The translations under genes were made by a program, and so were the position numbers. The notes below the pieces were generated by a model. The model saw only the letters and a list, made by a program, of their open reading frames with translations. It was not told the origin of the DNA and did not search any database. From Candidatus Dormiibacterota bacterium (lineage in GTDB: Bacteria; Chloroflexota; Dormibacteria; Aeolococcales; Aeolococcaceae), in NCBI GenBank assembly GCA_963850385.1, contig CAWKKS010000001.1, positions 1,209,551 to 1,273,550 on the forward strand: a stretch of DNA of 64,000 nucleotides, written 5' to 3'. Shown here piece after piece: positions 17,554 through 26,887 of this stretch. Position 1 is the stretch's first letter. Each line of letters begins with the position of its first letter.

Positions 17554-18090
17554 TCAGTCTGCAGGCTCGGTCGCCAGTTCAGCCTCCAGCTGACGGAGCA
17601 CCCAGTGCACCGTCTCGCTGTCGAACCCTCGCCGCTGCAGCTGGGCGAAGAGGCGACGGCGTTCGCCGGTCACGTCCTCGCTCCCGCCACCGCGATGCTG
17701 GAGGCGGCGACCGAGCGCCAGGGCGCCGGCTCGCTCGGCGTCGCTGTCGAGCACCGCCAACGTCCCAGCCACGTCCTCGTCGCCGATCCCACGAGCGCGC
17801 AGCTGCGCGGCGGCGTGGAGGCGTCCGTGCCCGGTGCGCCGGCTGCGCGCCGCGAGTGAGCCGGCCAGCACCGCATCATCGACGTAGCCGAGAGCGACCA
17901 TGCTCGCCGTCGCGGCCAGCGCCGCCTGCTCGGTGAATCCACGGCGTTGGAGACGTTGCTGCAACGACCGCTGTGACTGCGCGGCGCCGCGCAGGATGCG
18001 CAGCGCGACGTCCTCGGCGGCCCTGACAGAGTCGGGGTCATCGGGTACCGCCGGCGTCACCCGCTCGCCGGCGAAACCCGAATCGCTCAC
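17554..18090 (-). CDS. recX: recombination regulator RecX
   Basis: Located directly after recA. Repeated helical RecX-type motifs (LRILRGAAQSQRSLQQRLQRRGF.., LFAQLQRRGFDSETV). GTG 18090 lies 5 nt after the recA stop. Confidence 0.85.
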   Translation of the reverse strand: MSDSGFAGERVTPAVPDDPDSVRAAEDVALRILRGAAQSQRSLQQRLQRRGFTEQAALAATASMVALGYVDDAVLAGSLAARSRRTGHGRLHAAAQLRARGIGDEDVAGTLAVLDSDAERAGALALGRRLQHRGGGSEDVTGERRRLFAQLQRRGFDSETVHWVLRQLEAELATEPAD

Positions 18091-18094
18091 CTGG

Positions 18095-19228
18095 TCAGCC
18101 GACGGCAATCGGCGGGGCGGCGCCGTTGGCGTCGGCTTCGATGACGGCCGCCGCCTCGGGGAGGGACTGCACCTTGACCTTGGCGGCGATCTCCTCGAGC
18201 AGGTCGGCATTCTGGCGCAGGAAGTCGCGCACGTTCTCACGCCCCTGGCCGAGCCGCATCTCACCGTACGAGAACCACGCACCGCTCTTGTCCACCACCT
18301 TGGTCTCGATGGCGATGTCGAGCACGCTGCCAGCGTAGGAGATGCCTTCGTTGTACATGATGTCGAACTCCGCCGTGCGGAACGGCGCGGCCACCTTGTT
18401 CTTGACCACCTTCACCTTGACGCGGTTACCGACCACGTCGAGACCTTGCTTGATCGAGTCGATCTTGCGGATGTCCATGCGCACCGACGCGTAGAACTTC
18501 AGCGCGCGGCCACCGGTGGTGGTCTCGGGGTTGCCGAACATGACGCCGATCTTCTCGCGGAGCTGGTTGATGAAGATGACGCAGGTGTTGGAGCGGGCGA
18601 TGGCCGCGGTGAGCTTGCGCATCGCCTGGGACATGAGCCGGGCCTGGAGGCCGACGTGGCTGTCACCCATCTCGCCGTCGATCTCGGCCTTGGGAACGAG
18701 CGCCGCCACCGAGTCGATGACGACGACGTCGACAGCGCCGCTGCGCACCAACACCTCGACGATCTCCAGCGCCTGCTCGCCGGTGTCAGGCTGGGAGATG
18801 AGCAGCTCGTCGCACTTCACGCCGATGCGACCCGCGTACTGGGGATCGAGCGCGTGCTCCGCGTCGATGAAGGCGGCGACCCCGCCGAGCCTCTGCGCCT
18901 GCGCGATCACGTGCAGGGTGAGGGTGGTCTTGCCCGACGACTCCGGTCCGTAGATCTCGATGATCCTTCCCCGCGGTACGCCGCCGACGCCGAGCGCGAT
19001 GTCGAGGGTGAGCGCCCCGGTGGGGATGGCGTCGACGCGCTGGGTGCGCGCCTCGCCGAGCCGCATGATCGCTCCCTTGCCGTGAGAGCGCTCGATCTGA
19101 CCGAGCGCCGTGCTGAGCGCCCGCTCGCGTTCTGTGGTCACCGCCTCACCCCCGTTCACCGCGGCCGCGCGCCGCCCGTTCAACTCCACGACGGGATCGA
19201 TGTTACGACTTTCTGGTGTTGTTGTCAA
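18095..19228 (-). CDS. recA: recombinase RecA
   Basis: [23 protein letters not shown], Walker [10 protein letters not shown], and L1/L2 regions. The start is placed at TTG 19228 (GGAG 8 nt upstream). The longer ATG 19306 abuts the operator. Confidence 0.93.
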   Translation of the reverse strand: MTTTPESRNIDPVVELNGRRAAAVNGGEAVTTERERALSTALGQIERSHGKGAIMRLGEARTQRVDAIPTGALTLDIALGVGGVPRGRIIEIYGPESSGKTTLTLHVIAQAQRLGGVAAFIDAEHALDPQYAGRIGVKCDELLISQPDTGEQALEIVEVLVRSGAVDVVVIDSVAALVPKAEIDGEMGDSHVGLQARLMSQAMRKLTAAIARSNTCVIFINQLREKIGVMFGNPETTTGGRALKFYASVRMDIRKIDSIKQGLDVVGNRVKVKVVKNKVAAPFRTAEFDIMYNEGISYAGSVLDIAIETKVVDKSGAWFSYGEMRLGQGRENVRDFLRQNADLLEEIAAKVKVQSLPEAAAVIEADANGAAPPIAVG

Positions 19229-19306
19229 AGCAGAAACTCCATGAACGGTGGAATGAGCGGGATCGGTGCGGGACGGCGCGGCGGACGGGTCGCTGGGCAC
19301 TGGCAT

Positions 19307-19320
19307 CGAACAGATGTACG
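19307..19320 (-). promoter_or_regulatory. LexA operator upstream of recA
   Basis: CGAACAGATGTACG (GAAC-N4-GTAC), 4 nt downstream of the -10 element. Confidence 0.7.
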
Positions 19321-19324
19321 CCTC

Positions 19325-19353
19325 ACTGTAGCGGTTGACGGATGGGATGACAA
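19325..19353 (-). promoter_or_regulatory. recA promoter TTGTCA-17 nt-TACAGT
   Basis: The minus strand reads TTGTCA (19353-19348), a 17-nt spacer, then TACAGT (19330-19325). Confidence 0.5.
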
Positions 19354-19407
19354 CGACATGCTGCTCGTCCCCCGCGACAGCAGCCTGTCGCGCTGGACGG
19401 CGGGTTG

Positions 19408-19902
19408 TCACCCATCGACCAGGAGGCGCAGCGCCGCCCGCACCGCGGCGGCGCGATTGCCGTCGCGGCCGTTGTCACCCTCGAGGCGCAGCGTGCGGGT
19501 GCCGTCGGGGCTGGCGATGGCCACGAACACCAGGCCCGCCTGCTTGTCCTCCTCACCTCCCGGACCGGCGACCCCGGTGATACCGATGCCGACATCGGCT
19601 CCGAGGCGGTCGCGCGCTCCCCGCGCCATCGCGACACCCACCTCCTCACTGACCGCGCCGTGCCGGCCCAGCTCCGCGGGATCGACACCCAGCAGCTCGA
19701 CCTTGACGGCGTTGTCGTAGGCGATGATGCCGCCGCGGACGTAGGCGGATGAGCCCGGGACCGCGGTCAGGACGGCGCCGAGCAGGCCGCCCGTGCAGGA
19801 CTCCGCCACCGCGACCGTCCACCCCCTCCGGCGCAATGATTCGCCCGCCGCGGTGCTGTCGGGGAAGAGCTCAGCGAGGCGCGGGGCGGTGCGTTCGTCC
19901 AC
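19408..19902 (-). CDS. cinA: CinA-family C-terminal domain protein (nicotinamide-nucleotide amidohydrolase PncC-like)
   Basis: [13 protein letters not shown]...[15 protein letters not shown]...[10 protein letters not shown], in the classic pgsA-cinA-recA context. Confidence 0.85.
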   Translation of the reverse strand: MDERTAPRLAELFPDSTAAGESLRRRGWTVAVAESCTGGLLGAVLTAVPGSSAYVRGGIIAYDNAVKVELLGVDPAELGRHGAVSEEVGVAMARGARDRLGADVGIGITGVAGPGGEEDKQAGLVFVAIASPDGTRTLRLEGDNGRDGNRAAAVRAALRLLVDG

Positions 19903-19903
19903 C

Positions 19904-20443
19904 TCAGATCAGGAACCGGCGATAGCGCCACAGGTAGTCCAGGCCACTCAGCACGGTCGCCGTCACCGCCAGTCCCACCATCGCCAACGCCGCGATGTGC
20001 AGCGCCGGGAACGGCTGCTCGAGGATCAGCAGCCCGATCATCAGGTTCTGGCTCAGGGTCTTCGACTTGCCCCACGGGGTCGACGCCACCACGACGCCCT
20101 GGTTGGCGGCGACGAAGCGCAGACCGGTGATGAGGAACTCGCGCGCGAAGACCACCACCACCACCCAGGCCGGGATGATGGTCTGACCCACCAGGATCAC
20201 CAGCACGGTGATCACGAGGATCTTGTCGGCGAGCGGGTCGAGGAACTTGCCCAGCTCCGTGACCGAGTTGCGCCGGCGCGCAAGGTGGCCGTCCAACGAG
20301 TCGGTGGCCGCGGCCGTGGCATACACCGCCGCGCTCACCTGCGCGTGGTAGGCGAAGCCCGCGCTCAGCGAATAGCCGATCACCGGCACGAGAAGCAATC
20401 GGAAGATGGTGAGTTGGTTGGGCAGGGTCAGGTGACGCGTCAC
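19904..20443 (-). CDS. pgsA: CDP-diacylglycerol--glycerol-3-phosphate 3-phosphatidyltransferase
   Basis: CDP-alcohol phosphatidyltransferase motif DSLDGHLARRRN..ELGKFLDPLADK. Confidence 0.88.
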   Translation of the reverse strand: MTRHLTLPNQLTIFRLLLVPVIGYSLSAGFAYHAQVSAAVYATAAATDSLDGHLARRRNSVTELGKFLDPLADKILVITVLVILVGQTIIPAWVVVVVFAREFLITGLRFVAANQGVVVASTPWGKSKTLSQNLMIGLLILEQPFPALHIAALAMVGLAVTATVLSGLDYLWRYRRFLI

Positions 20444-20537
20444 CGGGGGACAGCACTCACCTGCACATCATCCCAACTTATGCAGGGCCGGGTCGGTGCC
20501 GGCTCGGGCAGCGCCGACGGCTCTGCCGCGCGTCCTG

Positions 20538-21029
20538 TCAGCGGTAGTTGGTGAACTGCAGCGGCACCTCGAGGTCGGTGTCGCGCAGCTTGGCGATCAC
20601 CGCCTGGAGCGTGTCCTTGTCCTTGCCGGTCACGCGCAGCTGGTCGCCCTGGATGCGCACCTGCACCTTGGGGTGGTCGGCCCGGATCTCTTTCTGCAGC
20701 TTCTTGGCGAGCTCGTCGTTGATCCCCCGTCGCAGCTTGAGCACCTGGCGCACGTTGCCCCTGGCTGCGTCCTCGGGCTTCTGCGGGTCGAGGATCTTGA
20801 GGTCGAGGCCGCGCTTGTGGAACTTGCTCTTCAGCACGTCCGTCATGGCCCGCAGCTGCATGTCCCCCTCGGTGGTGAGGGTGATCTGCTCCTTCTCGAG
20901 CTCGATCTCCGCGGTGAGGTTCTTGAAGTCGTATCGGGTGCCGATCTCCCGGCGCGCCTGGTCGATGGCGTTGACCATCTCCTGGTGATCGAAGTCGCTC
21001 ACCACGTCGAACGAGAACTCCTGCGGCAT
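20538..21029 (-). CDS. yajQ: YajQ-family nucleotide-binding protein (UPF0234)
   Basis: MPQEFSFDVVSDFDHQEMVNAIDQARREIGTRYDFK... and the C-terminal PLQFTNYR are typical of YajQ. Confidence 0.88.
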   Translation of the reverse strand: MPQEFSFDVVSDFDHQEMVNAIDQARREIGTRYDFKNLTAEIELEKEQITLTTEGDMQLRAMTDVLKSKFHKRGLDLKILDPQKPEDAARGNVRQVLKLRRGINDELAKKLQKEIRADHPKVQVRIQGDQLRVTGKDKDTLQAVIAKLRDTDLEVPLQFTNYR

Positions 21030-21107
21030 GGCACGCAGGATACCCATCCCGCGGACGCCCGTTCAGACGGCCCCGCGAGGTCGGCGCGCCAGCGAGCCCC
21101 GGCCCCC

Positions 21108-22355
21108 TCAGGGCCCGGCGTTCGGCGAGCTCGGGGTGGCGACGGCCACCTCGCGCTCCGCTGCCGGCGCTGATCGGCGGGCCACGGCGAGGAAATCGAG
21201 CAGCGGCGCGACCAGGTCGGGACGGATCTGCGAGCGCACGTCCTCGCCCTCGGCGTGCACCACCAGCCAGCCGGCGGCACGGAGCCGGTCGACCTGGTGG
21301 CGGACCTCGAGGCACTCCGTGCCCATCAGCTCGGCGAGCTCGTCGGCGGTGCGGGGATTGTCGAGGAGGTGGCGCACCAGGCGGAGGCGGTCCGGGTCGG
21401 CGAGGGCGCGGAGCAGGTCGGCCGTGGGCTGCAGCTCGTCGGGTGAGCCGGCGAGCAGGGCCCGGGCGGCGTTCCAGGCCTCCTGCGGACGGCGGGGCAG
21501 CTGACGTCCGCTGACGTAGCTGGTCTGCAGCAGGGCCTCCCCCACCGTGGCGCCGGCGCTTCGGCGCGCTGCGACGATGTAGATGATGGCGACGACCACC
21601 ATCGGGATCACCGCGTCGAGCCAGCCCGCCCCGATCCCCACCCCGAAGAGCCGGCGGCCGAGCGCCAGGAGCCCGGTGACGATGCTGGCGATCACCCCGA
21701 TGTCGATGGCGGCTGCGATGAGGGCGCGGGCCAGGCGCGGCACCCGGATCAACCCCGCCCCCGTCGACGGGGGTGTGCGCCTGATCGCGAGGAAGATGCC
21801 CAGCCCCATGCCCACAAGGATCACGCCCTGCACCGCCAGCTGCTCCACGCGGGTGAAGAAGTGCTCCACCGGGATGCCGACCACCGTGCCGAGCGCGACG
21901 AAGGCGCCCACCCACACGACCGTCGAAGGGACCATGGCGACGATGAACGTGCGGCGCGGCACCCGCACGGCGCCGGCGACCAGCGTGGTGTAGATGCGCA
22001 GCCCCGGGATCAGGCGGCTCACCGCCACGCCGACCCAGCCGGCCGACTGGACGCGGCGCGACACCCGCTCGAGGTTGCGCTGTTGGTGAAGCCGCTGGGC
22101 CAGCGAGATCAACCCGCGTTCACCGACCAGCCTCGCCCAGCTGTAGCCGACCACCGAGCCGGCAACGCACGACGCCATCGCCAGGGGGATGAAGACGTAC
22201 GGGTCGAGCCCCCCCGCCGCGATCAGCAGCCCGGCAGCCAGCAGCACGATCTCCCCGGGGGCGAAGGGCAGGGGCACGCCCGACTCCTCCGCGAACAGCA
22301 GCCCGCACAACAGCACCACGGCGACGACGCCGTGGAGGCCCTGGAGGAAGTTCAC
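21108..22355 (-). CDS. DedA/VTT - RDD - ArsR-type wHTH fusion membrane protein
   Basis: aa 1-200 are DedA-like (FAEESGVPLPFAPGEIVLLAAG..RLIPGLRIYTTLVAG). aa about 205-300 are RDD-like (RLARALIAAAIDIGVI..AGATVGEALLQTSYVSG). The C-terminus is an ArsR-like HTH (LLRALADPDRLRLVRHLLDNPRTADELAELMG..VRHQVDRLRAAGWLV). GTG 22355 overlaps the upstream stop (GTGA). Confidence 0.7.
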   Translation of the reverse strand: MNFLQGLHGVVAVVLLCGLLFAEESGVPLPFAPGEIVLLAAGLLIAAGGLDPYVFIPLAMASCVAGSVVGYSWARLVGERGLISLAQRLHQQRNLERVSRRVQSAGWVGVAVSRLIPGLRIYTTLVAGAVRVPRRTFIVAMVPSTVVWVGAFVALGTVVGIPVEHFFTRVEQLAVQGVILVGMGLGIFLAIRRTPPSTGAGLIRVPRLARALIAAAIDIGVIASIVTGLLALGRRLFGVGIGAGWLDAVIPMVVVAIIYIVAARRSAGATVGEALLQTSYVSGRQLPRRPQEAWNAARALLAGSPDELQPTADLLRALADPDRLRLVRHLLDNPRTADELAELMGTECLEVRHQVDRLRAAGWLVVHAEGEDVRSQIRPDLVAPLLDFLAVARRSAPAAEREVAVATPSSPNAGP

Positions 22356-22849
22356 CGGCTGCGCTCCAGGCCGAGGTCGACGATCTCCGCGGCCACCACC
22401 CCGCCCTCCAGTGACATGAGCCCCATGGTGAAGGTGGGCATGCTGCGGCGGTCGGTCGGTGAGCCCGGGTTGAGCAGCAGCAGGTCGCCGTCGTCGTCGC
22501 AGACGGGGATGTGGCTGTGCCCGAAGACGACCACCCGGGCGTCGGGCCAGCGTGCCCGGAGTCGCGCACGGCGACCAGCCGAAGGGCCTGAGTCGTGCAC
22601 GACGGCAAGGCGAACCCCGCCCAGCTCGAGCACCAGCTGGTCGGGGAGGTCGGGAAGGTCGAGGTCGTTGTTGCCGCGCACCGCGTGCAGCGGCGTGTGC
22701 GCGGCGATCCTCTCGAGCAGGGAACCGTGGGTCACGTCTCCAGTGTGGATCACCAGCTCCGACGAATGGATCAGAGCCCATGCGCCCGGCGGCAGGTCAC
22801 GCGCGCGGCGGGGCAGGTGGGTGTCGCCGATGACGGCGACGCGGATCAC
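22352..22849 (-). CDS. YfcE-like metallophosphoesterase
   Basis: Motifs GDTH, HTGD, GNND, GHSH in canonical order. Confidence 0.85.
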   Translation of the reverse strand: MIRVAVIGDTHLPRRARDLPPGAWALIHSSELVIHTGDVTHGSLLERIAAHTPLHAVRGNNDLDLPDLPDQLVLELGGVRLAVVHDSGPSAGRRARLRARWPDARVVVFGHSHIPVCDDDGDLLLLNPGSPTDRRSMPTFTMGLMSLEGGVVAAEIVDLGLERSR

Positions 22850-25176
22850 TCCTCGCCTAGCTCGGCGAGGTATTCGTCGACCTGGATGACGTCCATGAGC
22901 ACCTCACGCGACTTGCTGCCCTCGTAGGGCCCGACGATGCGGTGCTCGGCGAGCTGGTCGACGAGCCGAGCCGCCCGGGTGTAGCCGACGTTCATCTTGC
23001 GCTGGAGGAGTGACGCCGCCGCCCGCCCCTCGGCGGCGACGATGTGCGCAGCCTTGGCGAACAGGGGATCGCGTTTGGTCGCCTCCTTGGCCCAGGACAC
23101 CGACGCCTCGACCTGGAAGATCTCGTCCTGGTAGTCCGGCGTCCCCTGCGCCTTCCAATGCCCGATCAGGGCGTCGAGCTCTCGGTCGCTGACGAATGCG
23201 CCCTGCAGACGCTGTGCCTTTCCCTGGTCGATGGGCAGGTACAGCATGTCGCCACGGCCGAGCAGCTTCTCGGCGCCCATCTCATCGAGGATGACGCGCG
23301 AGTCGGTGCCGCTGGACACCGCGAACGCCACCCGCGATGGGATGTTCGCCTTGATCAGCCCGGTGATGATGTCGGCGGACGGCCGCTGCGTGGCCACCAC
23401 CAGGTGGATGCCCACCGCCCGTGCCAGCTGGGCGATCCGGCAGATGAGGTCCTCGATCTCGCCGGCGGCGACCATCATCAGGTCGGCGAGCTCGTCGATG
23501 ACGATGACGGTGTACGGCAGCGCCGAGAGCCCGAGGCCGGGGGCGCGCTCGTTGAAGGCTGCGATGTTGCGCGCGCCGTGTGAGGCGAAGAGCTTGTAGC
23601 GCTCCTCCATCTCCTTGACCGCCCAGCGCAGCGACGCCACCGCCGCCTCGGGTTCGACCACCACCGGGACGAGCAGGTGTGGGAGGTCGGCGAAGTTGCT
23701 GAGCTCCACGCGCTTGGGGTCGATGAGGATGAGCTTCAGCTCGGCCGGCGTCGCCTGGAGGAGGAAGCCACCGAGGACGGCGTTGATGCACACCGACTTG
23801 CCGCTGCCGGTGGCACCGGCGATGAGGAGGTGGGGCATGCGGGTCAGGTCGCCGGCCACCGGGTGCCCGCTGACGTCGGCCCCGAGCGCGACCGCCAGCC
23901 GGGCGCGGCTGTCGGTGAAGGCGGTCGACTGCACCACCTCCTTGAGCGCGACCAGCTGTGCTGCCTTGTTGGGCACCTCGATGCCGATCGCCGACTTCCC
24001 GGGGATGAACGGCTGGATGCGGATCGGCGCGGCCAGCGCCAGCGAGAGGTCGGTCTGGTAGCCGACGATCTTGCGCACCGGCACCCCGGCGGCGGGCTGC
24101 AACTCGTACTGGGTCACCGTGGGGCCCACCAACTCCCCGATGATCCTGGTCTCGATACCGAAGCTGCGCAGCGTCGAGACGATGGTCTGCTTGTTGCGCT
24201 CCACCTCGGCGTTGAGCCGCTCGCGCTTGCCCGCGACGGTGTCGAGGATGTCAGGGCTGGGAAGCACCCAGACCTTCTCGCCGTCGTCGATGTCGATCGC
24301 ATGCCCGAGCGCGACCTCGGGGATGGGTCCGAGCGCCGGCTCGGCGGTCCCCTCGAACTCGCGCACGAAGCCCTCGTCGCCGAGCGGCTCGACGTTGTCC
24401 AGCTCGTCGGGTGCGGCGATGCTCGCGAAGGCCTCGGGCAGGTCGACCGGCGGGGTCGGTGGCGGGACGAAGAGCGGCGGGGCCGCGGTGCCCGTGAGGT
24501 TGACGTCGGCGGCCCCCTCGGTGGAGCGGCGCTCGCGCTTCACCGGCGGGTAGGGCTGGTCGCTGCCGAGGTGGTCGCGGACCCACGCGGCCAGCGGCGC
24601 GACGCGCAGGTCGATGGCCAGCACCAGCCCCAGCGAGGCGGCGACGATCATCAGCACCGCCGAGGCCGGCCCTCCCAGCCTGTCGGCGACGCCGGGCCCG
24701 AGCCGGTTGCCGATCCACCCGGCGCTGCCGGTGGCGGCGAGGCCGAGGAAGCCGAGCACGGCGAGCACGGTCACCAGCGAGCCCACCCCCGCCATCATCC
24801 CGCCGCGCCATTCGTGTCCCTGGAGCAGGCGGGCGCCGGTGACCATGAACCCGGCCGCGACGAGCCACGCCCCCACCCCGAGGACGGTGAAGAAGCCGTC
24901 ATGGACGGGGCCGGCGACCGAACCACCCCCGGGGATGAGCAGCAGCACGGCGAGGATGGCGCCGAAACCGAGGAAGGCAACCCCGCTCAGCTCGCGTCGC
25001 TGGTCAGGCGTCAGCAGCGGCTGGCGATGGAGCGGCGGGCGGCGCGGCGCGCGGCTGGTCCGCGCCGGGGCGCGCCGCCGGGTCGCTGGGCGGGATCTCG
25101 TGGGAGCGCGTGGTGCCATATCTGGGGTGCAGCCTGGAATTGGACGTCTGCAGCGAAGCGGCTGCGCTCCGGGCAT
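22846..25176 (-). CDS. ftsK: DNA translocase FtsK/SpoIIIE
   Basis: N-terminal TM helices, a Pro-rich linker, Walker A GATGSGKS, Walker B VIVIDELADLMM, and the gamma wHTH LLQRKMNVGYTRAARLVDQLAEHRIVG. An alternative start lies at ATG 25119. Confidence 0.92.
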   Translation of the reverse strand: MPGAQPLRCRRPIPGCTPDMAPRAPTRSRPATRRRAPARTSRAPRRPPLHRQPLLTPDQRRELSGVAFLGFGAILAVLLLIPGGGSVAGPVHDGFFTVLGVGAWLVAAGFMVTGARLLQGHEWRGGMMAGVGSLVTVLAVLGFLGLAATGSAGWIGNRLGPGVADRLGGPASAVLMIVAASLGLVLAIDLRVAPLAAWVRDHLGSDQPYPPVKRERRSTEGAADVNLTGTAAPPLFVPPPTPPVDLPEAFASIAAPDELDNVEPLGDEGFVREFEGTAEPALGPIPEVALGHAIDIDDGEKVWVLPSPDILDTVAGKRERLNAEVERNKQTIVSTLRSFGIETRIIGELVGPTVTQYELQPAAGVPVRKIVGYQTDLSLALAAPIRIQPFIPGKSAIGIEVPNKAAQLVALKEVVQSTAFTDSRARLAVALGADVSGHPVAGDLTRMPHLLIAGATGSGKSVCINAVLGGFLLQATPAELKLILIDPKRVELSNFADLPHLLVPVVVEPEAAVASLRWAVKEMEERYKLFASHGARNIAAFNERAPGLGLSALPYTVIVIDELADLMMVAAGEIEDLICRIAQLARAVGIHLVVATQRPSADIITGLIKANIPSRVAFAVSSGTDSRVILDEMGAEKLLGRGDMLYLPIDQGKAQRLQGAFVSDRELDALIGHWKAQGTPDYQDEIFQVEASVSWAKEATKRDPLFAKAAHIVAAEGRAAASLLQRKMNVGYTRAARLVDQLAEHRIVGPYEGSKSREVLMDVIQVDEYLAELGEE

Positions 25177-25218
25177 CCCGGAGGCGCGTCGATCGTATCA
25201 GCAGGTCGCCGGACGTGC

Positions 25219-25232
25219 CGAACCGGCGTTCG
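25219..25232 (-). promoter_or_regulatory. LexA-type operator upstream of ftsK
   Basis: Perfect palindrome CGAAC-CGGC-GTTCG in the 67-nt rnj/ftsK spacer, 43 nt upstream of ATG 25176. Confidence 0.55.
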
Positions 25233-25243
25233 CCCTCCCCCCG

Positions 25244-26887
25244 CTACACCTCGGTGACGACGGGCAGGATCATGGGGCGGCGACGGGTCCTCGAGTACAG
25301 GAAGCGTGAGAGCCCCTCGTGGATCGCCGACTGCCAGACGCTCCACTCGGCGTCGGGCCTGAGCTTCTCGACCAGCGCCAGCGTGTGGGCACGGGCCTCC
25401 TCGAAGAGGTTGTCGGTGGCGCTGTCCTCGATGAAGCCGCGGGAGATCAGGTCGGGCCCGGCAATGATCGCCCCGGTGCTCCGCTCCACCGTCAGGGCGA
25501 CGATGACCACGCCGTCCTGGGCGAGCAGCCGCCGGTCGCGCAGGACGACGTCGCCCGCCTCGTCGATGCTGAGCCCGTCGACGTACACGTAGCCGGCCGG
25601 GACGCGCTGGTCGCGACGGCGGATGGTGTCGCCGTCGATCTCGATCACGGTGCCGTTGTCGACGGGCATGATGCGGTCACGTTGGATGCCCACCGAGGCG
25701 GCGATGTCGGCGTGGATGGCGAGGTGGCGGTACTCGCCATGCACGGGCACGAAGTACCGCGGACGGGTGAGGGTGAGCATCAGCTTCAGCTCCTCGCGGC
25801 TGGCGTGTCCCGATGCGTGGACGTGGTGCTTCGATGAGTTGAAGACGCGCGCCCCACGCCGGTAGAGGTTGTTGATGGTGCGATGCACCGCCTCCTCGTT
25901 GCCGGGGATGGGGTTGGCGCTGATGATCACGGTGTCGCCCTCGTGCAGCTGCACCATGGGGTGCTCACCGGCGGCAATTCGTGACAGGGCCGACATCGGT
26001 TCGCCCTGCGCCCCGGTGCAGAGCACCGCCAGCTGGTTGTCGGGGACGGCGGCGTGCTGCTTGGGCGAGACGAAGACGTCGGGTGTGCGCAGGAAGCCCA
26101 GCTCCTGGCCCACGCGCACGTTGTTGAGCATCGAGCGGCCGACGATGAAGCACTTGCGGTCACAGTCGACCGCGGCATCGATCGCCTGCTGCAGACGCGA
26201 GATGTTCGAGGCGAACGTCGCCATGAGGACCCGGCCGGGCGCGGCTGCGAAGAGCGGTGCCAGGCCCTCACCGACGTGGCGCTCGCTCGGCGTGGTGCCC
26301 TCGTGCTCCGCGTTGGTGGAGTCGCTGAGCAGCAGCAGCACACCCTCTTCGCCGAGACGGGCGAGCCGGGCCATGTCCGGAGGCGATCCCTGCACCGGCG
26401 TCTGGTCGATCTTGAAGTCGCCGGTGTGGATGATCACCCCGTCGGGCGTGTGCAGCGCGAGCGAGCACGCGTCCGGCACGGAGTGGGTGATGTGGATCCA
26501 CTCGACAGCGATCGAGCCCAGCTGCACGGTGTCGCCGGGACGGACTGTGTACAGGAAGGTGGAGTCGAGGAGCTTGTGTTCCTTCAGCTTGTTGCGCAGG
26601 AAACCAAGCGTGAGCCCGGTGCCGTAGACCGGCACGGGCAGGCGTGGGAGAACGTAGGGGAGCGCGCCGATGTGGTCCTCGTGCGCGTGGGTGAGGACGA
26701 TGCCGCGGACGCGCTGCACGCGCTCCATGAGCCAGGTGATGTCGGGGATGACCAGGTCGATGCCGAGCATCTCCTGCTCAGGGAACATCAACCCGCAGTC
26801 GACCACCACGATGTCCTCGCCGCACTCGATCGCCATCAGGTTGCGGCCGATCTCGCCTAGGCCGCCCAGCGGCACCAGCGAGATCAC
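25244..26887 (-). CDS. rnj: ribonuclease J
   Basis: Metallo-beta-lactamase/beta-CASP fold: LTHAHEDHIGALP, and the N-terminal MISLVPLGGLGEIGRN is typical of RNase J. Confidence 0.92.
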   Translation of the reverse strand: MISLVPLGGLGEIGRNLMAIECGEDIVVVDCGLMFPEQEMLGIDLVIPDITWLMERVQRVRGIVLTHAHEDHIGALPYVLPRLPVPVYGTGLTLGFLRNKLKEHKLLDSTFLYTVRPGDTVQLGSIAVEWIHITHSVPDACSLALHTPDGVIIHTGDFKIDQTPVQGSPPDMARLARLGEEGVLLLLSDSTNAEHEGTTPSERHVGEGLAPLFAAAPGRVLMATFASNISRLQQAIDAAVDCDRKCFIVGRSMLNNVRVGQELGFLRTPDVFVSPKQHAAVPDNQLAVLCTGAQGEPMSALSRIAAGEHPMVQLHEGDTVIISANPIPGNEEAVHRTINNLYRRGARVFNSSKHHVHASGHASREELKLMLTLTRPRYFVPVHGEYRHLAIHADIAASVGIQRDRIMPVDNGTVIEIDGDTIRRRDQRVPAGYVYVDGLSIDEAGDVVLRDRRLLAQDGVVIVALTVERSTGAIIAGPDLISRGFIEDSATDNLFEEARAHTLALVEKLRPDAEWSVWQSAIHEGLSRFLYSRTRRRPMILPVVTEV

